Below are positions 30,987-40,680 of a stretch of 64,000 bases of DNA, one piece after another; the first letter of the stretch is position 1; each line of letters starts with the position of its first letter. The DNA comes from Acidimicrobiia bacterium. Lineage in GTDB: Bacteria > Actinomycetota > Acidimicrobiia > Spongiisociales > UBA5794. The notes under the pieces were generated by a model that did not search any database, was not told the DNA's origin, and worked only from the letters and a program-made list of their open reading frames with translations. Both the position numbers and the translations under genes were made by a program. The stretch spans positions 26,853 through 90,852 of the forward strand of contig JBFIXI010000006.1 in NCBI GenBank assembly GCA_041605955.1, written 5' to 3'.

Positions 30987-31595
30987 CTATGCCTCGGTGT
31001 CGAGCAGGTTGAGGCCAGGGCTGGGATCGGCGTCGAGAGGTTCGAGTGTGATCCACAGCCGGGGATAGTCGGCTCGCCGCACTCCGACCCACAGTGTCAC
31101 ATCGGTCGGGTCGGTGAAGGTGCCGGCCGACACATGCACCGGGCCTTCGGTGAACCAGAGCTCGTAGACGTGTCCGGCAGGAGCGGGGTCGAGGCCGGAG
31201 ACGTCGAGCCGGAGCCGCGTTCCTGAGGCCTCATTCCATCCCCGCACCGCAGCTTCAACTCCGGGAGCGTTCTCCGTGGCTGCCAGAGCGACCTCCCAAT
31301 CGGGTCCATCGACTCGCCAGGTGGCGATCGCGAGCAGCGCCACGATGGCGGCCGCAACTGCTGCCGGCACCAGCCAGGGGCGGCGTTTGCCCGCCGCCGC
31401 ATCGAGCACGGATATCGAAGCTCCCGCCGGGCCGGCGCTGATTGCCTCCATCACGGATGCCTCGACCCCGGCGCGGGGCTCAACCCAGAAGGCGTCGTCG
31501 CTCAGATCGAATGTCAGCAACTCGTCGACCCGATCACGGGCGTCGGCAAGCTCGTCGTCGCTTGGGATATGGGGCGTGTGCTCTTGATCGCTCAT
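30987..31595 (-). CDS. anti-sigma factor (RskA-like, single TM)
   Basis: Start overlaps the sigma-gene stop (ATGA). TM helix plus a C-terminal domain with a VYELWF motif that resembles RskA. Confidence 0.6.
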   Translation of the reverse strand: MSDQEHTPHIPSDDELADARDRVDELLTFDLSDDAFWVEPRAGVEASVMEAISAGPAGASISVLDAAAGKRRPWLVPAAVAAAIVALLAIATWRVDGPDWEVALAATENAPGVEAAVRGWNEASGTRLRLDVSGLDPAPAGHVYELWFTEGPVHVSAGTFTDPTDVTLWVGVRRADYPRLWITLEPLDADPSPGLNLLDTEA

Positions 31596-32119
31596 AGCGC
31601 CCCCTCCAGGTCGGAGAGGAGCTCCGACAGCTTGCGGTAGGCGCGGTAGGACCGCGACTTCACCGTACCTACGGGGATCTGAAGGTGCTCGGCAGCCGCT
31701 TCGTGGGTCATTCCGGAGAAATGTGTGAGCATCAGGACCTGGCGCTCTGCAGGCGTCAACTGCTCGACAGCCATGCGTACCCGGTACACCTCCCACACGT
31801 CCTCGATCGACTCGGCCGGCGTCGGGGCGTCGTAGTCGCCAAGCTCCTCAGCACGATGGCGCCGTTCGCGCCGGTACAGGTCGATGGCAGCTCGCTTGGT
31901 GATCGTCACCAACCACGGCGCGATATTGCGGGTTGCGTCGAAGGTGGCTGCCGCCTTCCAAGCCTGAAGCAAACCCTGCTGCACGGCCTCTTCGGCGAGT
32001 GCACTGTCGCCCAGCACGCGATACGCCACCCCGTAGAGGGCCCGGCCATGGGTCGCACAGATGTGGCGCATGGCTTGCGGGTCGCCAGCGACAAACCGGA
32101 GGTTCACAGCCTCGTCCAT
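31592..32119 (-). CDS. ECF RNA polymerase sigma factor (SigK-like)
   Basis: Sigma-70 regions 2 and 4, 175 aa. Co-transcribed with the anti-sigma gene. Confidence 0.75.
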   Translation of the reverse strand: MDEAVNLRFVAGDPQAMRHICATHGRALYGVAYRVLGDSALAEEAVQQGLLQAWKAAATFDATRNIAPWLVTITKRAAIDLYRRERRHRAEELGDYDAPTPAESIEDVWEVYRVRMAVEQLTPAERQVLMLTHFSGMTHEAAAEHLQIPVGTVKSRSYRAYRKLSELLSDLEGAL

Positions 32120-32310
32120 AGTCGACCGACCCCGGCGTTGAGATCGGTCAGCAACCCCCTTGTCATCGTGGCGGGCCAGCTCGGCGCGAGCCTGCAGCTT
32201 ATTCGGGTAGCTCGGGGCATGCCCGGCGAACGAGAGCCGGTGATGGTTCAGCATGGACAGGCGCATCCCTGGTCGGACGTGGGGTAATACGTAGCGGACC
32301 GGCGGCCGGT

Positions 32311-33765
32311 TCACTCGTCGGTGGGGCGCATGATCCATTCGCCGCCGAGGCCGAGCTGCTCGTCCACTTGCGGAGGACCCCACGAGCCCGCCGGGTATGG
32401 GTGAACTGGGATATCGGCCTCGAGAAGAGGTGAGTACACCGCCCAAGATGCCTCCACCTCGTCAGAGCGGACGAACAGGGTCTGATCGCCCTCCATGACG
32501 TCGAGGATGAGCGTCTGGTACGCGTCCGGCAGCTTCTCGAATGCCTCGTCGTAGTCGAAGTGCAGCGGCTGTGACACGAGCAGGGGGCTGCCCGGCGCCT
32601 TGACGTCGAAGCGCACTTCGAACCCTTCGTTGGGCTGCAGGGTGAGGATCACCACGTTCTGATGCGCGGCGCAGTCGTCCTTGACGCCGTGGAATATGCA
32701 GACCGGAGGCTTGTGGAAGATCAGAGCTATCTGGGTGGTCTTGTGGGGCAGCCGCTTTCCGGTGCGCACGAATATCGGCACGCCCTCCCAGCGCCAGCTG
32801 GCCACGCCGAGGCGCATCGCCACGAAAGTCGGCGTCGCCGAGTCGTTGGCGACTTCGGGGTCCTCGCAGTAGCCGGGGACGCGACGTCCCGCGATCATGC
32901 CGCCCTCGTACTGCCCGTAAACCACCCGGTTGGTGTCGATCGGCTCGATGGCTCGGACCACGTCGACCTTCTCGGTGCGAATCGCGTCCGCCTCGAACTT
33001 GTTGGGCGCGTCCATGGCGATGAGGCTTATCAGCTGGGTGATGTGGTTCTGCACCATGTCGCGCACAACGCCCGACCGGTCGTAGTAGTCGGCGCGTCCT
33101 TCGGTCCCCAAGCTCTCGGCGACGGTTATCTCTATGGCCTCCACCCGGTCGCGGTTCCACGACGACTCGAACAGCAAGTTGGCGAAACGGAACGCCAGCA
33201 GGTTCTGCACCGTCTCTTTTCCCAGGTAGTGATCGATGCGGTACACCTGGTGCTCGTCGAAATATTGATGGATCAGCTCGTTGAGTTGGTGCGCCGAAGC
33301 CAGGTCGTGGCCGAAGGGCTTCTCCACTACCAAGCGGGTCCAACCGGGTGCGGTCGCCAGGCCCGCCCTACCCAGCTGATCGATGATGGTGGGAAACGCT
33401 CCGGGCGGCAACGCCAAATAGAAGATGCGGTTCCCGGGGAGATCCAGGTCGCGCTCGAGCTCCTCGATCCTCTGCCGTAGCGCCTCGAGGTCCGCCGTGC
33501 CCCGCGGGGTGGCGTGGTAGAAGACTCGCTCTCTGCACCACTCCTCGACGCGGGCGCCGTCGTATCCGGCGTTGTGCAGGGACTTGTTGGTGAAATCGCG
33601 AAACTCGTCATCGGACCACGCCGTGCGAGACACGCCGAGCAGGTTGTGCGCCGCGGCCACCTTGTCTTCCGTCAACACCCGAAATGTCGAGGGGATCAGC
33701 TTGCGGCTGGTGAGGTCCCCGGTGGCGCCGAAGATAACGAAGAGGTGCGGGTCGATCGGATTCAT
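32311..33765 (-). CDS. zwf: glucose-6-phosphate 1-dehydrogenase
   Basis: GATGDL NADP-binding motif and active-site motif RIDHYLGKE. Confidence 0.9.
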   Translation of the reverse strand: MNPIDPHLFVIFGATGDLTSRKLIPSTFRVLTEDKVAAAHNLLGVSRTAWSDDEFRDFTNKSLHNAGYDGARVEEWCRERVFYHATPRGTADLEALRQRIEELERDLDLPGNRIFYLALPPGAFPTIIDQLGRAGLATAPGWTRLVVEKPFGHDLASAHQLNELIHQYFDEHQVYRIDHYLGKETVQNLLAFRFANLLFESSWNRDRVEAIEITVAESLGTEGRADYYDRSGVVRDMVQNHITQLISLIAMDAPNKFEADAIRTEKVDVVRAIEPIDTNRVVYGQYEGGMIAGRRVPGYCEDPEVANDSATPTFVAMRLGVASWRWEGVPIFVRTGKRLPHKTTQIALIFHKPPVCIFHGVKDDCAAHQNVVILTLQPNEGFEVRFDVKAPGSPLLVSQPLHFDYDEAFEKLPDAYQTLILDVMEGDQTLFVRSDEVEASWAVYSPLLEADIPVHPYPAGSWGPPQVDEQLGLGGEWIMRPTDE

Positions 33766-34694
33766 CGTGTCGGTGTCGCCGTCTGCGGAGGCGCCGCTTT
33801 GACGGCATGTCCGCCGAACTGGCGGCGCAAGGCAGCCACCAGGCGGTGGGCGAACCCCGTCTCGTCGCGTGATCCGATGCGCTCGAGGAGCGACTGCGTG
33901 ATGATCGGCGCGGCCACATTGAGTCGCATCGATTCGGCGACTGCCCAGCGGCCCTCTCCGGAGTCCTCTACGAAGGGCGCAACCCCCGCGAGCTCGGGTG
34001 ACGTCCCCAGTGCGTCGACTGCCAGGTCGAGCAGCCACGACCGAATCACCGATCCGTGCTGCCAGACCCGCCCCACCGCAGCCAGGTCGAAGTCGAACTC
34101 CTCTTTGGCTCCGAGAATGGCGAATCCCTCCGCGTAGGCCTGCATCAATCCGTACTCGACTCCATTGTGGATCATCTTGGCGAAGTGACCTGCCCCGGGA
34201 GGCCCCACGTGACCCCATCCTCTACCGGGGCCGGGAGCCAAAGTCTCGAAGAGCGGGGTCAGCCGCTGCACGGGCTCGTCGTCGCCGCCCACCATCATCG
34301 AGTAGCCCGCTTCGAGGCCCCACACCCCTCCGCTGGTTCCGACGTCGACGAGGTGGTGACCGGCGGCGGCGCAAACGGCGTGCCGCAGCTGTGTGTCGGT
34401 GTACAGGCTGTTGCCGCCGTCAACGATGATGTCGCCGCTTCCGAGGAGGGGACGTAACGCTTCGATTGTCGAGTCGACCGGCGCCCCATGGGGGACCATC
34501 AGCCAGACGGCGCGGGGCGGCGTCAATCGGTCAACGAGCTTGGCGAGCGATTCGGCGCCGTCGGCGCCCATCGTCTCCACTCTTGCCACCGACTCGGGGG
34601 CGAGGTCGTATCCGACGACGTGGTGGCTGCCGCGAACCAGGCGCTGCGCCATGTTGGCGCCCATCTTTCCCAGGCCGATCATTCCCAGCTGCAT
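33762..34694 (-). CDS. gnd: 6-phosphogluconate dehydrogenase (decarboxylating), short form
   Basis: GLGKMG Rossmann fold and short-form 6PGDH motifs. ATGA overlap with zwf. Confidence 0.75.
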   Translation of the reverse strand: MQLGMIGLGKMGANMAQRLVRGSHHVVGYDLAPESVARVETMGADGAESLAKLVDRLTPPRAVWLMVPHGAPVDSTIEALRPLLGSGDIIVDGGNSLYTDTQLRHAVCAAAGHHLVDVGTSGGVWGLEAGYSMMVGGDDEPVQRLTPLFETLAPGPGRGWGHVGPPGAGHFAKMIHNGVEYGLMQAYAEGFAILGAKEEFDFDLAAVGRVWQHGSVIRSWLLDLAVDALGTSPELAGVAPFVEDSGEGRWAVAESMRLNVAAPIITQSLLERIGSRDETGFAHRLVAALRRQFGGHAVKAAPPQTATPTR

Positions 34695-34901
34695 AGCTTC
34701 CCTTCGCTCGTCTTCGCATCCCAACCCAACTCGGGCGTCAGGCCTTCGCTGCGTCTTAGCTAAGCACAACCCATCCGACGGCCGAGCGTGCGGGCCGTCT
34801 GTTGTGGGGTCCCGTGCTCCGGCGTCCGCCCCCCGGCGTTTCTCATGACGCTCTTAGACGACGACCCGAACCTGGTGCTCCGGCTTAACCTCGGTTCAGG
34901 G

Positions 34902-35636
34902 ATGACAGATCGCAGCAATCGCCCAAACGACAAGGCGCCCCAGCCCGAGCATGGCGGCGGTTTGGTGTTGGTCGCCGAAGACGACCGAGCGGTGCGCGAC
35001 GCCGTGTCTCGAGCACTGAGCTTCGAGGGATACCGTGTGATCACCGCCCGTGACGGTGCCGAGGCCCTGCAGCGGGTCCTCAATGACAAACCGGAGCTGG
35101 TGGTCCTCGATGTCATGATGCCCATCGTCGACGGCCTCGAGACGTGTCGCCGGCTGCGTGCCAGCGGGAACTCTGTTCCGGTGCTGATGCTGACGGCACG
35201 CACTGAGGTTTCTGATCGGGTAGCCGGCCTCGACGCCGGCGCTGATGACTATCTGGCGAAGCCGTTCGCCCTCGAGGAGTTACTGGCCCGGATGCGGGCG
35301 TTGCTGCGTCGCTCCAGCACCAGCCGGGGCGAGGTGTTCCGGGTCGGCGATCTCGTGCTGGATCCCGACGCGCGCACCGTCACCCGGGGAGGCAGCGCGA
35401 TCGTCCTCACGAAGACGGAGTTCGATCTGCTCGAACTGCTGGTGGAGAATGCCGGAGTCGTGCTCAGCCGCCAGAAGATCTACGAGCAGATCTGGGGATA
35501 CGACTTCGAGACCACTTCCAACTCCCTCGACGTCTATATCGGCTACCTGCGTCGCAAGACCGAAGCAGGCGATCGGTCCCGGCTGGTCCATACCGTGAGG
35601 GGGGTCGGCTATGTGGCCCGCGAGGGGACGCAGTGA
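34902..35636 (+). CDS. OmpR-family response regulator (MprA-like)
   Basis: Receiver domain (LVAEDD, phospho-acceptor Asp in VLDVMMP) plus a winged-helix output domain. An alternative start is at 34845. Confidence 0.8.
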   Translation: MTDRSNRPNDKAPQPEHGGGLVLVAEDDRAVRDAVSRALSFEGYRVITARDGAEALQRVLNDKPELVVLDVMMPIVDGLETCRRLRASGNSVPVLMLTARTEVSDRVAGLDAGADDYLAKPFALEELLARMRALLRRSSTSRGEVFRVGDLVLDPDARTVTRGGSAIVLTKTEFDLLELLVENAGVVLSRQKIYEQIWGYDFETTSNSLDVYIGYLRRKTEAGDRSRLVHTVRGVGYVAREGTQ

Positions 35637-36994
35637 GCCTCCGCACCCGAATCGCGCTGATCGCCTCTTCGGCGGTTGCGGTGGCGGTGCTGGCGGTGGC
35701 GCTCATCGTCTATTTCGCGGCGCGCGACCGGTTGATCGACGAGATCGACGAGAGCCTCACCGATCGTCTCACGACGGCGCGCGCCTTCGGCGGCATCGTC
35801 GAGTCGTTCTCGACACCCCGCGGCCGGCGGGGCCCCTTCCAGGATCCCCGCGGATTCGACGTGCTCTATGTGCAGCTGATCGATCGGGAGGGCAACCGCT
35901 TCGTCCCGATCGGCCAGGAGGTCTGGCTGCCACCACCTTCCGACGGAACAACGAGATCGGAGGGGGAGGCCAGTTTCACGGAGGCCTCGGTGGACGATCT
36001 GCATCTGCGCATTGCCAACGTCGAGTTGGGTGACGCCGTTGGCACGCTGCAGATTGCCCGTTCCCTCGAGGAAGTGGACGCCACCCTGGCATCGCTGGCG
36101 CTGACCCTCACCCTGATCGGTTCCCTCGGCATCGCCGGCGCCGCCGCGCTCGGCCTGTTCGTGGCGCGCAGCTCCCTCCGTCCCATCGGCGAGCTCACGG
36201 AGGCGGCCGAGCAGGTGGCGGCCACCAAAGAGCTGGCTCATCGCATCAACGTCGATCGCGATGACGAGCTGGGCCGGCTCGCCGCTGCTTTCAACGAGAT
36301 GCTGGCGGAACTGCAGAGCTCGAAGGATCAGCAGCGTCGATTGGTGCGCGACGCCGGGCACGAGCTGCGCACCCCGCTGACGGCATTGCGGACCAACATC
36401 GAGCTGCTGGCGAAGGCAGAGCGGATGCCCGAGGGGGAGCGAACCGCCATGTACCGCGATCTGGTGACCGAGCTCGCCGAGCTGAGCGACTTGGTGAATG
36501 AGGTTGTGGCGGTGGCGGCAGACGACGACGCCTCGGAGAGTGCACAGCCGGTGGACCTGGGCGAGCTGGCCGAAGAGGTCGTCCTTCGTTTCCGGCGCCG
36601 GATAAGTCAAGAGTTGGCCCTCGACGTACTCTCCCCGGCCACGGTCGTTGCCCGCCGCAACGCGCTGGAGAGGGCGGTGGGCAACTTGGTCGACAACGCA
36701 GCCAAGTGGAGCCCACCGGATTCGACCGTGACCGTGGCGGTCCACGCGGGACGGGTGATGGTGGGCGACGCCGGCCCGGGAATCCCTGAGGATGAGAGGG
36801 AGCTGATCTTCGAGCGCTTCCATCGCGCCGCCGCGGGCAGGAGTCAGCCCGGTTCTGGCCTGGGGCTGTCGATCGTCAAACAAGTGGCCGAGAGCCACGG
36901 GGGCCAGGTATTCGTGGACACGGCCGCGGCTGGAGGAGCCCTGGTCGGCTTCGAGCTCCCGGTGGCCGCCGCCGACCCCTCCGCCGGCGTCTAG
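35633..36994 (+). CDS. HAMP-domain sensor histidine kinase (MprB-like)
   Basis: Two TM helices, HAMP, H-box HELRTPL and an HATPase domain. GTGA start overlap with the regulator gene. Confidence 0.8.
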   Translation: MSLRTRIALIASSAVAVAVLAVALIVYFAARDRLIDEIDESLTDRLTTARAFGGIVESFSTPRGRRGPFQDPRGFDVLYVQLIDREGNRFVPIGQEVWLPPPSDGTTRSEGEASFTEASVDDLHLRIANVELGDAVGTLQIARSLEEVDATLASLALTLTLIGSLGIAGAAALGLFVARSSLRPIGELTEAAEQVAATKELAHRINVDRDDELGRLAAAFNEMLAELQSSKDQQRRLVRDAGHELRTPLTALRTNIELLAKAERMPEGERTAMYRDLVTELAELSDLVNEVVAVAADDDASESAQPVDLGELAEEVVLRFRRRISQELALDVLSPATVVARRNALERAVGNLVDNAAKWSPPDSTVTVAVHAGRVMVGDAGPGIPEDERELIFERFHRAAAGRSQPGSGLGLSIVKQVAESHGGQVFVDTAAAGGALVGFELPVAAADPSAGV

Positions 36995-37115
36995 CTGCTA
37001 GCTCTCAGCCAACTCTTAGATCGGTCTCAGATACTCCTTAGCGGCAGTGCCGATCCTGAGGCTGCAAACCGAGACCGGCGAGACAAGCCAGCCGGTGTGA
37101 AAGGAGATCACAGCA

Positions 37116-37688
37116 ATGAAGAAGGTTCTCGCAGCCTTGGTGGCGGCCGGCGTGCTCGTCGCCGGAGGGCTGGCGACTGCCGCCATCAGCGCCCCGACCA
37201 CGGCTACCGCCCAGACCACCACAGAGGACCAGACCACAGATGACTCGGGAGACGCAACAACCGGAGAGGTCACCCGGCCGGATCGAGGCAGCGTCATCGA
37301 CGAGGTGCTCGATAACCTCGTCGCCGAAGGCGTCATCACGTCGGACCAGGCCGAGCGGATCAAATCGGACCTGACCGCAAAGCATGCCGAGCTGCGGGCC
37401 CAGTTCGGCGACCGGCACCGGGGTCACCGTGGCTTCGGAGACGGACTGCGCGGGTTGCTCGATGACGGGGTCATCGATGCCGACGAGCTGGCGGAACTGC
37501 CGGAAGATCATCCGATCTTCGATGCGGACGGCCCGTTCGCCCCGTATCTCGACGATGGTCAGCTGACGAGCGAAGAGCTCGAAGAGCTCAGGGCGCAGCT
37601 CCGTGAGGACGGCAGCCACTTCCGGGGTCGGCTCGGCCCCGGCGCGCCGCGTGTCGACGTCGGCGGTGAAGAGGTGGCCAACGCCTGA
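37116..37688 (+). CDS. secreted acidic repeat protein, unknown function
   Basis: AAAGGAG RBS and a signal peptide. Three approximate repeats of GVIxxDxAEL / LTSEELEEL. Confidence 0.55.
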   Translation: MKKVLAALVAAGVLVAGGLATAAISAPTTATAQTTTEDQTTDDSGDATTGEVTRPDRGSVIDEVLDNLVAEGVITSDQAERIKSDLTAKHAELRAQFGDRHRGHRGFGDGLRGLLDDGVIDADELAELPEDHPIFDADGPFAPYLDDGQLTSEELEELRAQLREDGSHFRGRLGPGAPRVDVGGEEVANA

Positions 37689-37854
37689 CACGCCGCTCGA
37701 CTCGAGAGGCCTGCGGGCTCAGCGAGTCGAGGAACCGGCTCTTCCTTCCCGGATGCCGGTACATGGGATGGTTCGCCGGGCTGATTCCCTCTCCCTTCCC
37801 TCCCGGAGCCATCCCACCGACGCCCGCCACCTTCCGTGGCGGGCGTCGCTGCGT

Positions 37855-38208
37855 TCAGCTAACAGGATCCCAGCCGCCACGGATGATCACAGAATCGACA
37901 TCGAAGTTGGGCAGCTGATCCGTCGAGTCGAGCAGCCGGTTGATCTCGTCGACGGCAGCATGGATTGCTTCCAGCCGGTGGCGTGCCTCCGCCCGGGGCA
38001 GCTCGAGGGCGGCCGCCACATCCGCGGTCAGTCGGCGCCGCATTCCCACCATGTCGCGCTGGGCGGCGTCGCGGGCGACCCACCGGGCGGCCCACCACGA
38101 GGGTGAATACGCAGTGTCGAGGTCGGCAAGCGGCTGCCCGCTTCCGGGCAAGTCGTCGAAATAGCCCTCGGCGGCGAGGTCGGCCAGCCGCTTCTCTATC
38201 CAGCTCAC
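37855..38208 (-). CDS. DUF1992-like (DnaJ-C28-like) protein
   Basis: Recalled family signature near the N-terminus (DLPGSGQPL). Confidence 0.5.
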   Translation of the reverse strand: MSWIEKRLADLAAEGYFDDLPGSGQPLADLDTAYSPSWWAARWVARDAAQRDMVGMRRRLTADVAAALELPRAEARHRLEAIHAAVDEINRLLDSTDQLPNFDVDSVIIRGGWDPVS

Positions 38209-38245
38209 CTCGGGATGTTACGTTCCGCCATCTACCGTTCCTGCC

Positions 38246-39466
38246 ATGCGCACGGCTGAGTTGACCATTGTGTTCCGCGAAGCCATCGCAGCTCTCGACC
38301 CGGCGCGGCTGGTTGCCGAGGCGCTGCGCCGGCGCCGGCTGGACCCGGGACGCGACCCCGTCACGGTGCTCGCCTTGGGCAAGGCGGCGGCCCGCATGGC
38401 CGATGGGGTGGCCACATTGTTCGGTGACGGCATCTCCGGCGTGGCGGTGACCTCGGAGCCGGCCGATCTCCCCGCCGGGATCGTCGGCTTCGTGGGCAGC
38501 CACCCGATCCCGGATGCTCGCAGCGTCGCCGCCGGCGAGGCACTGCTCGCGGCGGCGGCGGCGGCGCCGGCCGGCGGGCTGGTGATCTGTCTGGTTTCCG
38601 GCGGCGGATCGGCGCTCGCCGAAGTCCCTCTCCCAGGGCTGGCCATCGACGACCTGGCAGCGCTCACCGAGGGGTTGCTGCGATCCGGCGCTTCGATCAC
38701 CGAGATCAACACCGTGCGTCGCGGACTGTCACAGCTCAAGGGAGGCGGACTGGCGAGAGTGGTGGCGTCGCCACGGCTGGTCACCTTGGCGATCTCCGAT
38801 GTGGGAGCTGCCGCGCCGGCCACCATTGCGTCCGGTCCCACCTTGCCGGTCGCCGAGGATCGTGCCGCCGTCGGTGAGGTGTTGGCTCGGTACCAGCTTC
38901 AGGCGACCCTTCCCCCCGGAGTGCTGGCATCGGCAGCCCGGCCCGCCCCCGCGGCGACTGCGCCTTCCGACTTCGAGATCATCGCCGACGGGTCCACCGC
39001 TGCCCGGGCAGCCGGCGCGGCCGCGGAGGCGAGAGGGCGTTCCGCCCACATCGTCGACCAACCGCTCAGCGGCGAGGCTCGTCAAGTGGCGCGTGAAGTC
39101 GTGGCGGCGGGCAGCTTCGAGCACGACCTGGCCATCTACTGGGGAGAAACCACGGTCACCGTGACCGGGGCAGGACGAGGGGGTCGGAATCACGAGGCGG
39201 CGCTGGCGGCTGCCATTGCCATCGCGGGGTCGCCGGCGGCGTTCCTCGCCGGCGGGACCGACGGCATCGACGGGCTCACCCCGGGCGCGGGCGCCGCAGT
39301 AGACGGCAACACGCTCGCGGAGGCGCGCGCTCTCGGCATCGACCCGGTCGCGGCCCTCGCCGCCAATGACAGTGGGGGCTTCTTCGACGTGGTTCCGGGG
39401 CGCATCGTCACCGGGCCCACCGGGACCAACGTCGCCGACCTGTGGCTCTTTGCCGCCGGCAGCTAG
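38246..39466 (+). CDS. glycerate 2-kinase (MOFRL family)
   Basis: MOFRL architecture (VLALGKAA, ICLVSGGGSAL, LAGGTDGIDG). Confidence 0.75.
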   Translation: MRTAELTIVFREAIAALDPARLVAEALRRRRLDPGRDPVTVLALGKAAARMADGVATLFGDGISGVAVTSEPADLPAGIVGFVGSHPIPDARSVAAGEALLAAAAAAPAGGLVICLVSGGGSALAEVPLPGLAIDDLAALTEGLLRSGASITEINTVRRGLSQLKGGGLARVVASPRLVTLAISDVGAAAPATIASGPTLPVAEDRAAVGEVLARYQLQATLPPGVLASAARPAPAATAPSDFEIIADGSTAARAAGAAAEARGRSAHIVDQPLSGEARQVAREVVAAGSFEHDLAIYWGETTVTVTGAGRGGRNHEAALAAAIAIAGSPAAFLAGGTDGIDGLTPGAGAAVDGNTLAEARALGIDPVAALAANDSGGFFDVVPGRIVTGPTGTNVADLWLFAAGS

Positions 39467-39528
39467 AACCGTAGGTCTCAGGCGAGCCCGGGTAGCGCCG
39501 ATAACCTGGCTCGAGCCTCGAGCAGAAG

Positions 39529-40680
39529 ATGATCGCGTTGACCGAAACCAAGCGTCTGGCGCTGTGGCCGCTGGGCCTCGTATCCCTCGGACTGCTCGGC
39601 TACCTAGCCGAGGGGGCGTTGCCGCGAGCAGTGTTGACCGACGACGCCCGGATCTACTTCGAGCGGGTGACGCCGATCCTCGACGGCAAGCTGCCATATG
39701 TCGACGTGTTGTTCGAGCACTTTCCGCTGGCGCTGCCGCCGATGTTGGTGCCCCGGTTGGTACCCGGCGGGGATACGACGCTGGTCTACACCGCGCTGTT
39801 CGGGTTGCTGATGCTGGCCTGCCTCGTTGCAATCGGCGCCGTTGTGGGTCGAGTAGCCGCCGCCGCCGGGGTCACCCGCGGGGCATCCCAATGGGCGCTG
39901 CTGACGGCGCCGCTGGTTCCGTTCGTCGCCTACCGCAACGATCCGGTGGCCACGCTGCTGGCGGTGGCCGCCTTCTACTACTCCTTCGTGGTCTCGAGCC
40001 GGGCCGGCCCGGTGACCGCGCTGGCAGCCATCGCGGCCAAGGGTTGGCCGCTGGTGCTGGCTCTCGCCGAGTGGCTGGCCGGCCGTCGGCGGCGCGCCAT
40101 GCTGGTGGGGGGCTTCGCCGCCGTGCTCGGCGGGGTGCTCTTACTGACGCCCGGATTCCAGGAGGGGCGCGACTTCAGCGGCGTCCATTTGGAGACCATT
40201 GCCGGGTCGGGGCTGGTCTGGCTGCGCTCTGCGACCGGGGCAGACGCCGGAATTGCCATGGCGGCTGGAGCCATCTACGTATCCGCCCCGGCGGCGACCC
40301 TGCTGGTGGGGGTGGCGCTCGGAACAGCCACTGCGTGGTCGGCCCGGCCGGCGTTGACGGCGCCTTTCACCATCGGCGCCGCCGCCCGCCTGGTTGGTGT
40401 CGCCACTGCGGCGTTGCTCCTCGTCAGCCCCTTGTTCTCCGCGCAGTTCCTGCTCTGGCTGACGCCGTGGCTGCTGTTCTTCGGCGGTCGGACCCGCCGG
40501 TCCTTCCTGGTGGCCGCGACGATCACGCTGCTGCTGATGTCGTTGTGGGCCCCGACCAACCTGTGGTGGCAGAGCGGGCTGGTCATCCGCAATGGCGCCT
40601 TCCTCGCCATGGTGGTCCAGATGGCGCTCGAGATCCGGCAGCCCAGCAGCCGTGCCGTGCCGGCCGGCATCGTCCGCTAG
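39529..40680 (+). CDS. DUF2029 / GT87-like polyprenol-phosphate-sugar dependent membrane glycosyltransferase
   Basis: Polytopic membrane protein with an early conserved acidic loop (LTDDARIY). Confidence 0.55.
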   Translation: MIALTETKRLALWPLGLVSLGLLGYLAEGALPRAVLTDDARIYFERVTPILDGKLPYVDVLFEHFPLALPPMLVPRLVPGGDTTLVYTALFGLLMLACLVAIGAVVGRVAAAAGVTRGASQWALLTAPLVPFVAYRNDPVATLLAVAAFYYSFVVSSRAGPVTALAAIAAKGWPLVLALAEWLAGRRRRAMLVGGFAAVLGGVLLLTPGFQEGRDFSGVHLETIAGSGLVWLRSATGADAGIAMAAGAIYVSAPAATLLVGVALGTATAWSARPALTAPFTIGAAARLVGVATAALLLVSPLFSAQFLLWLTPWLLFFGGRTRRSFLVAATITLLLMSLWAPTNLWWQSGLVIRNGAFLAMVVQMALEIRQPSSRAVPAGIVR

